Shown piece after piece: positions 1 through 7,327 of a DNA stretch of 10,162 bases. A model generated the notes under the pieces. It had not been told where the DNA came from. It was given only the letters and a program-made list of their open reading frames with translations, and did no database searches. Source of the stretch: Candidatus Krumholzibacteriales bacterium (GTDB lineage Bacteria > Krumholzibacteriota > Krumholzibacteriia > Krumholzibacteriales > WJIX01). Both the position numbers and the translations under genes were made by a program. Position 1 is the stretch's first letter. Each line of letters begins with the position of its first letter. The DNA lies in the NCBI GenBank assembly GCA_046483305.1, contig JAWODM010000059.1, positions 1 to 10,162 on the forward strand. The letters are read 5' to 3'.

Positions 1-191
1 TGATAGAGTTGAACTTATAAAGGTTTATTTTTCTCTATCATATAAAGGAGATCCATTTTTTTCCAGCAGGAAGTTCCCCCAATTTTTCGCCTTCAGAGCA
101 AAAAAAGACCGATTCCACTTGTGAATGTTAATAACTCACTGAATAAATTGTAGTTAGCCAATTATAGAGTCAATTTTTGGGGAAAGTCCTG
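1..191 (-). mobile_element. Second putative IS left end; its transposase would begin just left of the window
   Basis: Homologous to 304-493. By alignment the start codon would lie about 13 nt left of position 1 on the minus strand. Confidence 0.5.
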
Positions 192-198
192 GATATTT
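1..198. repeat. Copy 1 of a ~200-bp diverged direct repeat (putative IS left end; cut by the window edge)
   Basis: 1-198 aligns colinearly with 304-500, roughly 80% identity by eye. Shared blocks: TGATAGAGTTGAA, TTTTCTCTATCATATAAAGGAGATCCATTTTTT, TTAATAACTCACTGAATAA, GGGGAAA(G/A)TCCTGGATATTT. Confidence 0.92.
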
Positions 199-216
199 GA
201 TTGTGATTTGATTGTG
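195..216 (+). repeat. 11-bp tandem duplication ATTTGATTGTG x2
   Basis: 195-205 and 206-216 are identical and lie just outside the copy 1 terminus. Confidence 0.85.
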
Positions 217-225
217 GATATTTAA

Positions 226-291
226 AGAGAGCCCCCCGGAAATTTCCTGATTTGTTCAGTGAATTTTCTATGAAACTTTGCTATATTGCAT
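226..291 (-). pseudogene. Decayed N-terminal fragment of a probable transposase
   Basis: RBS AAAGGAG, then ATG CAA TAT AGC AAA GTT TCA TAG (MQYSKVS*). With one stop and two 1-nt frameshifts it reads KIH-EQIRK-SGGLS, resembling the N-termini of some IS4-like transposases. Only about 22 codons. Confidence 0.4.
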
Positions 292-293
292 TC

Positions 294-357
294 GGATCTC
301 CTTTGATAGAGTTGAAGTTATTCAACTTTTCTTTTCTCTATCATATAAAGGAGATCC
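294..357 (-). promoter_or_regulatory. RBS-sequestering inverted repeat
   Basis: GGATCTCCTTT(294-304)+GATAGAG(305-311) pair with CTCTATC(336-342)+AAAGGAGATCC(347-357), with a 4-nt bulge. An inner stem GTTGAA/TTCAAC lies at 311-326. Confidence 0.7.
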
Positions 358-500
358 ATTTTTTCCCAGCATGAAGTTCCCCCTATTTCTGCCCCGCAGA
401 GAAAAAAAGGCCGATCCCACTTGTTGATATTAATAACTCACTGAATAACTTGTGGTTAGCTGATTACACAGGTAATTTCCGGGGAAAATCCTGGATATTT
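304..500. repeat. Copy 2 of the ~200-bp diverged direct repeat
   Basis: Same alignment to 1-198, offset about 303 bp. Confidence 0.92.
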
Positions 501-521
501 AAGTGCCTGTATTTAAGTGCC
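496..521 (+). repeat. 12-bp direct repeat TATTTAAGTGCC x2 (2-bp spacer)
   Basis: 496-507 and 510-521 are identical and lie just outside the copy 2 terminus. Confidence 0.85.
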
Positions 522-571
522 ACCAAATGGCAGCAGTGTTTTGAGTACTATTTACAATCTCAGAAATATTC

Positions 572-600
572 TTGACATTTTTCAAAATTATAGGTAGAAT
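572..600 (+). promoter_or_regulatory. Sigma70-type promoter for the large secreted protein cluster
   Basis: TTGACA (572-577), 17-bp spacer, TAGAAT (595-600), with AT-rich sequence upstream. Predicted start site near 606-608. Confidence 0.75.
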
Positions 601-794
601 TACTCACTGCAGAATTCGCACAATCACTAATATTGATCTGAGCTGATTTGAAAAAGAGGCACCCGCTCGGCAACTCAGGGCAGCTATCGTCAAGGGAGAT
701 ACCGGTTCAAAAATTCGACAAAAACAGTATCTCTGATATAACGCAATTTCTTTAAGTTAACCGATCACTCAGTAGTTAAAAAGGAGGGGATAAT

Positions 795-815
795 ATGGTT
801 TTCCGCCCGCCTTGA
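795..815 (+). CDS. Putative leader peptide/uORF MVFRPP*
   Basis: Perfect SD AAGGAGG (781-787) 7 nt before ATG GTT TTC CGC CCG CCT TGA; it ends 55 nt upstream of the main ATG. Confidence 0.4.
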   Translation: MVFRPP

Positions 816-858
816 TATTCACACCCTTTAAGTTATCTATTATCATTAAGAACGAATT

Positions 859-864
859 AGGAGG
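859..864 (+). promoter_or_regulatory. Ribosome binding site of the 1829-aa gene
   Basis: AGGAGG 6 nt before ATG 871. Confidence 0.8.
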
Positions 865-870
865 GGTTTC

Positions 871-3800
871 ATGAGAAAATTAAAGATATTATTCCTTTTC
901 CTCACTGTATTCTCGCTGCTCGCCACAACATCCAGCTTCTCAGCAACTACTGAAGTAAGCCAACCGGTCAAACTTACAGACAGCGACTATTATGAAAGAG
1001 GCCAGTCAATCGTCTACGATGGTTCGGATTACTTCCTCTTTTATGGCCGTTCGGCAAGCTGTGCTGATCCTTATTCCTCCGGCGACCCGGACATTAACGA
1101 CTACGAAATCTACTTCAAGAAGGCAAACAGCATGTCCGGCCTTGCCTCTGCAACGGCAACCAGGGTGACAGGCACTCACAATACCAGCCTTTACATGGGA
1201 GAAACCGATGCGGCCATCTTTGACGGAAAAGTATGGGTGTTCGGTTCATACGATGCAGGAACTGCCTTTGACCTGTACGCATGGTACAGTTCTGACGGCG
1301 GTTCGACATGGACCGAATACGGAGCTGTCGCCACCGGGCTACCCGACGGCTCAGCTCATTTTGCGGCGACCACCTGCAGCGGGAATCTCTGGATTGCCTA
1401 CAAACAGGGAGGAGACTGGAAAAGCAAGAATTACGACGGCAGCAGCTGGAGCTCTGAATATCATATAACCACAAATTCGGGCACAGCGAAGTTTTATGTA
1501 GAGGGAACCAGCCTCTACTTCGTCCGCGCGGACAGCGGCGATCAGGATATTCATCAGTGGGGCGGCAGCGCCTGGTCCCAGTTGGATTCGGCGACCGAAT
1601 CCGGGCCTTATGATCCCACAATTTACAAGGTGGGATCGAATTACGTTCTGGCGTATGCTCCCTGGGTCAGTCCAAAGCAGTGGATAAAGGCCAAGGTCGG
1701 AACATCAATCAGCACTCTGCTTTCCGCGGGGACCGAAGTGATTATCTCTGGAGCTGAGTATGCAGGAAATACCTGGATAGACATGTGGCCGGTCGGATTC
1801 AGCGACGGTACCAGCAATTACCTGCTGATGACTTCGGAAAGAAACCCGGATAACGCCTCAAGCAAAATATCCGGAAATATCTGGTACCTCGAAGTGGACT
1901 GGGAAGTCACCAGGGACCACTACACATATATCCAGCCAGCTATAGATGCCGCAACCGCAGGAGATGTGGTGGAAGTAGCAGCCGGGACGTATCAGGAAAA
2001 CATGGCCACCTGGAAGGATATGGAGATAACCAAATCACTGAGCCTTATAGGAGCGGGTTCTGGCTCAACTGTAATATGGCTCAGTGAAGGACAGATGAAT
2101 GGAATTGAGATAAGGGGAACCAGCATGGATGTAACCCTGGAGGGGCTTACCTTTACCAGAAATCCATCCAGTAGCTACGCCTCGAGTTTCAATCTCCGTA
2201 TCGGCGAGACCACCAGCGATTTCAATTCACTGATACTTCGTGATGTGGAATCAGCCTATGCGAAGGGACGCAATGTCTATATAGACGGAAATGGCACCTA
2301 CGATAATATCACCATTGAAAATTGCAGTTTCCATAACTCAGGGGCATGGGGCCTCAGTGCCCGCGGTACTATTAATACTATGACTATTACGGATTCCGAT
2401 TTCGAATACAACGGTTCGGATGATCCTGACCACGGAATCGGTTTCGATATCGACATGCCCCACTCTGTAAGCTCACTTACGGTAACTGGTGGGAGTTTCA
2501 GCAATAACCAGGCGAAGGGCATCAACCTGGTTAAAACGAATAATGCCACTTTCACGGGTGTGACCGCGAACAACAACTCGGGCGCTTCGGGCGGCGGTTT
2601 CGGAATCTGTCTCTGGGAGTGGGACAGTGCATCATCTAATATAACATTCACTGAATGTACAACCAGTAACAACAGCACAGACGGATTCCTGTTCGGAACC
2701 CAGGATACATACACCATAACAGACGTAGAGATAACCAACTGCTTCGCTAATGGTAACGGAAGATATGGCGTCTTCTTCTATCATGGAAACGGTTCGGCTT
2801 CCGGTATAACGGTGGCAGAGAATGACCTCTCCGGAAATACCGGTGGCGCCCTCGGTACAACCGCCCTGGGTTCTGTTATTGACGCGTATGGAAACTGGTT
2901 CGGTTCCAGCGATCATGCAACTGTTGCATCGTTGGTTGGCGCCGAGGTCGACTACACCCCCTGGCTTGCCTCAGGCACCGACACAGGCGACCCCGGGTTC
3001 CAGGGCGATTTCTCAGAGCTGTGGGTGGATGACGATTCTCCGCAGACCGGCACAAAAGGCCGGGTTCAGGAAGGGGTTGATCTGCTCAGCGGAAGCAGCC
3101 TCAATCTGGCTCCCGGAACATACGAAGAGCAGGTGGAGATAACCAAAGACCTGACCCTATCCGGAGACGATACGGATAATACGGCCTGCGTTATTCTCTC
3201 GCCGGACAACCTTACAAAGTACTTCACCACCAGCAATGACAACTATCCGGTAGTGTACATTCACGATACGGACAATGTAACCCTGGAGTACCTGACGGTA
3301 GACGGAGCCGGCAAGGGTAACGCCAACTACAGCTTCCAGGGCGTATGCTACCACAATGCAGGCGGAACAGTTGACAACTGCGTAATCACCGGCGTTATAG
3401 ACACTCCGTTCAGCGGAACTCAGCACGGCGTTGCGCTGTACGCCTGGAACGCCGATGGCAATTCCAGAAATCTGAATGTATGGGATTGTACCTTCACAGA
3501 TTTCCAGAAGAACGCCATGGCGCTCAACGCCAATGCTACGACGCCGCTGGTAGTGGATGTGAAAGGAAACACCGTAACCGGAGCCGGCACGACCGATGTG
3601 ACCGCTCAGAACGGAGTGCAGGTTTGGGGCGACCTGGCGACCGGTACGGTAGAAAATAACACTGTATCCGGCATAGCCTTCAGCGGCGGCGGCTGGGTTG
3701 CTACCAGCATACTGAATTACTACGCCCAGCTGGATATCATCGATAACACGGTGACCGGAAGCCATATGGGCATATATAACTACGACGGCGAAGGTACCAT

Positions 3801-6360
3801 AAATTACAATGACGTCACCGCGGAGAAGATCGGCGGATACTGCTGGGCTATCTGTGCCAGTGATCCTCCCAGGGCGGTACCGGCTCCTTTCGGAGACGAA
3901 GAGCTTGCAGCAGGCCCTGAAGGAATGCTGAAAGCGCCCCTGGCAACCCTGGACGTGGATGTTATAGGCAATACCGTAACTTTCCAGGGACCGGACAATT
4001 CGGGAACCTACGGCATTGAAGCAGATGCCGGATACGGCCCCGATGACCTGGACGTCACTATAAATTATAACACTGTATGCGGTTTTGAAGCGGGTATAGA
4101 AATCTGGAAATGCACTTCCGGATGCGATACCGGCGTGTTCACCAGCGTGGTGGCGAACTATAACTATATCGGCTGCGGCAATATTTACGGAATGCGTTCC
4201 AACGCAGATTATATCACTGCCAACGGTGAGAATAACTGGTGGGGAGACGCTTCCGGCCCGAGCGGTGTCGGCCCGGGAACCGGGACTCAGGTTTCCGACT
4301 ACATCGACTATGATCCCTGGATGGGTGAAGAGAACGTGGCCAGCGTGGTTCCTGTCTATGGCACCACCAACTGTACAGACCCGATCTCTTACACCTTCCA
4401 TATCGACCAGGCCGGCGCCGGCGAGGAGGTCCGGGGTTACAATGTAACCTTCTCAGTGGACAACTCGGTAGTTACAGTAGCCGCGCCGAATAGTGACATC
4501 ACCGAGGATGATTACCTCAGCTCGGTCAATAGTACTCAGTTCTACGTCACCGACGAGGGCGGAGGAAGCTATTCGGTCAGCTGCGCCATTCTGGGCGGAG
4601 AAACCGGAGCTACCGGTTCCGGGGATCTGTTCACCGTGTTACTGACACCGGTGGCTGCAGGAGTCAGCGATATCAGCATCACCGATATCGCCCTGAGAGA
4701 CCTCGACAACAACGACCTCCCGATTTCAGGTATCGGAGGATCTGTCAGAATCGACTGCACTGTTCCCACCATGGAAGCGATTGCTGAAGCGGAAGGCGGC
4801 TGGTACAACACTGCGCCGGTCTTCAGCAACTTCGGTTTCGATGACGACATAAATCTCGATACAGCCGAGTATCAGATAGATGCCGGCGGCTGGAACACTC
4901 TGTTCAGCGGTATCGACGCAGCCGAATGGAACGACGACGGATGGACCCTCCCCGGATTCTCCGGGCTGAGCGAGGGAAGCCACACAGTCTACTTCAGAGT
5001 CGCCGACGACGCCGGAAACTGGAACGGAGAGGGAACGCCGGATACATACAGCTGGCAGTTCAACAAGGATACCACTCCTCCGGACCCGCCGACCGGATTC
5101 ACGGCCGAACCTGGTAACAACAAGGTTCATCTGAGCTGGACCAATCCGACCGGGGACGCGACCTTTGCCGGAGTGGAACTCAGGCGAGTCGCCTGGGGAG
5201 ACTATCCCGAATACATAACCGCTCCCGACTATCCGGCTGATGAAACAGAGGGGGTCTTTGTTGATCAGACCGCCGCAGAGGCGCACGATGACTCCATAAC
5301 GGCCGGTAGGGATATCTATTACTTTGCCGGCTTCAGCTATGATCTGGCTGGCAACTATTCGTCCTACAGCGCCGACGCTTCAGACAGGGCTACCAGCTAC
5401 TGGCTGGGAGATGTTCATTCTCCTTATGACGGCATGGTCAACTCAACAGACCTGGTCGATTTTTCCTCGGCTTTCGGGGAATCGGATGGAGATCCCGGCT
5501 GGAACAATGAGTGTGACTTCGGTCCCACCGACGATATTTCCAGCTACGGTATACCTCTCCCGGACGATGTGGTTGACTTTGAGGACCTTATGATCTTCGC
5601 CATGATCTATGGCAAGGTCGATCCTCTGGGAGCGAACCTGCTGGCAGCTGCCGGCGGCAGCCGCGAAGATTTCGAAAAACTGGTTGAATTCGAAATCACT
5701 CCCGCCTCAGATAGTGACGCGCAGGAAGGATATACCATTCTTTCAGTGCGGCTCAGTAATGAGGCTAAGAGCATGAAGGGTTTCCGCCTAAGTCTGGAAA
5801 CAGACCGGAATGATATTGTAAGCATTACCAGGGGCGGAATGTTTAAAAACAACAGCAACCTTTTCTTCGGCACTACTGAGGGAACAGACTCCCCTGCTGA
5901 AATATGTGTTGCAGCTCTGGGGATTGGCCTTCCAGTTAAGAGTTCAGGAGAGGTAGCGAGAATAACTCTCAAGGCTGGAGAAGATGTCTCCCTGAGAATC
6001 AACGAGATTGAAATCAGGGATATCAATAATGAAAGCCATAAACTCGAAGTGGAGGAAGATTACAGTCCTTCATTTACCCCCAAAGCGAACGCTCTGCTGC
6101 AGAACTACCCCAACCCGTTTAACCCGCAGACTACGATAACTTTCGATATCGTAAACGCGGAAAGAGTCAGTATTGACATCTACGATGTTAACGGGCGGTT
6201 AGTTAGAAACCTGCTTAACGAACGGCGGAGTGGCGGAAGGCACAGCATCCAGTGGAACGGACTGAACAACAGCGATTCCACAGTTCCTAGCGGTATCTAT
6301 TTCTATAGAATAACCGCAGGTAATTTCAACGCCACCAGGAAGATGATACTTCTCCGTTAA
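871..6360 (+). CDS. Large secreted multidomain protein: propeller-like N-domain, two right-handed parallel beta-helix modules, cohesin-like, Ig-like, FN3, dockerin-like, second cohesin-like, FlgD-Ig/T9SS type A-like C-terminal domain
   Basis: 1829-aa ORF with RBS and signal peptide (MRKLKILFLFLTVFSLLATTSSFSA). Asp-box SSDGGSTW at 1288-1311. Beta-helix caps IQPAIDAATAGDVVEVAAGTYQE and APGTYEEQVEITKDLTLSG with Asn-rich coils. GYNVTF...GSGDLFTV...LRDLDNN (cohesin-like). LSEGSHTVYFRVADDAGN and DTTPPDPPTGFTAEPGNNKVHLSW (Ig/FN3). GD..DGMVNSTDL / DDVVDFEDL (dockerin-like). Ends QNYPNPFNP...WNG...SGIYFYRI...RKMILLR. Confidence 0.93.
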   Translation: MRKLKILFLFLTVFSLLATTSSFSATTEVSQPVKLTDSDYYERGQSIVYDGSDYFLFYGRSASCADPYSSGDPDINDYEIYFKKANSMSGLASATATRVTGTHNTSLYMGETDAAIFDGKVWVFGSYDAGTAFDLYAWYSSDGGSTWTEYGAVATGLPDGSAHFAATTCSGNLWIAYKQGGDWKSKNYDGSSWSSEYHITTNSGTAKFYVEGTSLYFVRADSGDQDIHQWGGSAWSQLDSATESGPYDPTIYKVGSNYVLAYAPWVSPKQWIKAKVGTSISTLLSAGTEVIISGAEYAGNTWIDMWPVGFSDGTSNYLLMTSERNPDNASSKISGNIWYLEVDWEVTRDHYTYIQPAIDAATAGDVVEVAAGTYQENMATWKDMEITKSLSLIGAGSGSTVIWLSEGQMNGIEIRGTSMDVTLEGLTFTRNPSSSYASSFNLRIGETTSDFNSLILRDVESAYAKGRNVYIDGNGTYDNITIENCSFHNSGAWGLSARGTINTMTITDSDFEYNGSDDPDHGIGFDIDMPHSVSSLTVTGGSFSNNQAKGINLVKTNNATFTGVTANNNSGASGGGFGICLWEWDSASSNITFTECTTSNNSTDGFLFGTQDTYTITDVEITNCFANGNGRYGVFFYHGNGSASGITVAENDLSGNTGGALGTTALGSVIDAYGNWFGSSDHATVASLVGAEVDYTPWLASGTDTGDPGFQGDFSELWVDDDSPQTGTKGRVQEGVDLLSGSSLNLAPGTYEEQVEITKDLTLSGDDTDNTACVILSPDNLTKYFTTSNDNYPVVYIHDTDNVTLEYLTVDGAGKGNANYSFQGVCYHNAGGTVDNCVITGVIDTPFSGTQHGVALYAWNADGNSRNLNVWDCTFTDFQKNAMALNANATTPLVVDVKGNTVTGAGTTDVTAQNGVQVWGDLATGTVENNTVSGIAFSGGGWVATSILNYYAQLDIIDNTVTGSHMGIYNYDGEGTINYNDVTAEKIGGYCWAICASDPPRAVPAPFGDEELAAGPEGMLKAPLATLDVDVIGNTVTFQGPDNSGTYGIEADAGYGPDDLDVTINYNTVCGFEAGIEIWKCTSGCDTGVFTSVVANYNYIGCGNIYGMRSNADYITANGENNWWGDASGPSGVGPGTGTQVSDYIDYDPWMGEENVASVVPVYGTTNCTDPISYTFHIDQAGAGEEVRGYNVTFSVDNSVVTVAAPNSDITEDDYLSSVNSTQFYVTDEGGGSYSVSCAILGGETGATGSGDLFTVLLTPVAAGVSDISITDIALRDLDNNDLPISGIGGSVRIDCTVPTMEAIAEAEGGWYNTAPVFSNFGFDDDINLDTAEYQIDAGGWNTLFSGIDAAEWNDDGWTLPGFSGLSEGSHTVYFRVADDAGNWNGEGTPDTYSWQFNKDTTPPDPPTGFTAEPGNNKVHLSWTNPTGDATFAGVELRRVAWGDYPEYITAPDYPADETEGVFVDQTAAEAHDDSITAGRDIYYFAGFSYDLAGNYSSYSADASDRATSYWLGDVHSPYDGMVNSTDLVDFSSAFGESDGDPGWNNECDFGPTDDISSYGIPLPDDVVDFEDLMIFAMIYGKVDPLGANLLAAAGGSREDFEKLVEFEITPASDSDAQEGYTILSVRLSNEAKSMKGFRLSLETDRNDIVSITRGGMFKNNSNLFFGTTEGTDSPAEICVAALGIGLPVKSSGEVARITLKAGEDVSLRINEIEIRDINNESHKLEVEEDYSPSFTPKANALLQNYPNPFNPQTTITFDIVNAERVSIDIYDVNGRLVRNLLNERRSGGRHSIQWNGLNNSDSTVPSGIYFYRITAGNFNATRKMILLR

Positions 6361-6374
6361 GCCGGAGGGGGAAA

Positions 6375-6410
6375 GGAGCGCGGGGGCGGCTCGGCCGTCC
6401 CCGCGGCTCC
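6375..6410 (+). terminator. Very GC-rich intergenic stem-loop without U-tract (atypical terminator or mRNA 3' stabiliser)
   Basis: GGAGCGCGGGGGCGGC-TCG-GCCGTCCCCGCGGCTCC gives 16 bp with one G-U and one bulge, 14 nt after the stop. It is followed by AAACGATAAA rather than T residues. Confidence 0.6.
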
Positions 6411-6448
6411 AAACGATAAACATCAAGGTGAGAGGATTGGCAGAGCAA

Positions 6449-7309
6449 ATGGATAAAGAAAAACTGATTACGGCGGTAAGATCTATCTGCCTGGGTGCAG
6501 TGATATTAGCGGGGATCAACCTCTTTTCCGGATTATCCGCCCGCGCCGATATTATAAAACCTGCAGATTCGACACCGGAGCTCCATCTGGAACCGGCCAG
6601 ATCATACATAAAACCTGGAGAACAATGCACACTCAGCGTGATGGTTGATGATTCGGTTGATTCATTGAGCTGTGTTTTCTGCGTCCTCACCTTCGACCCC
6701 CAGATCGTAGATTGCATAACAGCCCAGGAGGGAGAACTTTACCTTAACAGTTCCTATTCTACCTTTTTCAATTGGGAACTTATCGCACCTGACAGCCTGA
6801 GGCTTGAAGACTGTGTTATGGGTTACAGGAGCTTTATCCTGACCCCGGGAGAACTGTATACTGTGGTCTTCGAAGGGATACAGACCGGGAACTGCCCTGT
6901 GCGTATAGAAGACACTGAGGTCTACGATATAGACCGCGTTGAATTCCCGGCAGAAACTGGATCCGGGGCCAGCATCTCCGTGAGCATCACCGCCGGCGAC
7001 GAAAGCAGGGCACCTTCTTACGGCTCTTTCAACTGCTATCCGAATCCTTTTAATCCTTCAGCCACCATTACCTTCTGCCCCGCCGCAGGGGAAACCGGAG
7101 TTTATCCGGCAAGAGGAGAGCTGATGATTTATTCTCCTTCCGGGGGGCTGGTAAGAACTCTTTTTCAAGGAAGATTAAAAAAGGGAAAGAACGACTTCTG
7201 CTGGAACGGGAGGAATGAGAGAGGCAACCCTGTCAGTTCCGGCGTATATATGGCTGTCCTCAGAACACCGGCCAGCACTTACATACAGAAGATGATACTC
7301 GTTAAATAA
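6449..7309 (+). CDS. Secreted cohesin-like domain protein with FlgD-Ig/T9SS type A-like C-terminal domain
   Basis: Signal peptide ending ARA. LTFDPQIVDCITAQEGEL...PGELYTVVF (cohesin-like). CYPNPFNP...WNGRNERGNPVSSGVY...QKMILVK. Start ATG 6449 is preferred (GAGAGGA upstream); in-frame GTG 6428 is the alternative. Confidence 0.88.
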   Translation: MDKEKLITAVRSICLGAVILAGINLFSGLSARADIIKPADSTPELHLEPARSYIKPGEQCTLSVMVDDSVDSLSCVFCVLTFDPQIVDCITAQEGELYLNSSYSTFFNWELIAPDSLRLEDCVMGYRSFILTPGELYTVVFEGIQTGNCPVRIEDTEVYDIDRVEFPAETGSGASISVSITAGDESRAPSYGSFNCYPNPFNPSATITFCPAAGETGVYPARGELMIYSPSGGLVRTLFQGRLKKGKNDFCWNGRNERGNPVSSGVYMAVLRTPASTYIQKMILVK

Positions 7310-7327
7310 GGAGCGTCTGGAGATAAA

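Larger units (their letters stand above)
226..493 (-). mobile_element. Truncated, degenerate insertion sequence left end (IS4-like DDE element suspected)
   Basis: The minus strand starts CAGGATTTTCCCC at 493 (copy 1: CAGGACTTTCCCC at 191). A long hairpin at 294-357 buries an AAAGGAG RBS just upstream of the ATG at 291, followed by a decayed ORF. The segment is flanked by GGATATTTAA at 216-225 and 493-502. The family call is from recollection of similar elements, not a search. Confidence 0.55.

Noticed and set aside
1..525. CRISPR array interpretation of the repeats
   Set aside because: Only two long diverged units; there is no short repeat/unique spacer periodicity and no cas genes.
630..740. 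c-di-GMP-II riboswitch (GGCACC...ACCGG resemblance)
   Set aside because: The complementary GTGC pseudoknot strand and other conserved elements are absent.
3157..4401. 414-aa minus-strand ORF
   Set aside because: Antisense shadow of the 1829-aa gene, with no recognisable motifs.
1115..6717. Other short ORFs nested in or antisense to ORF1 and ORF2 (e.g. 1115-1621, 2298-2738, 4726-5286, 5607-6026, 6199-6717)
   Set aside because: They overlap well-supported genes and have atypical composition with no domain signal.
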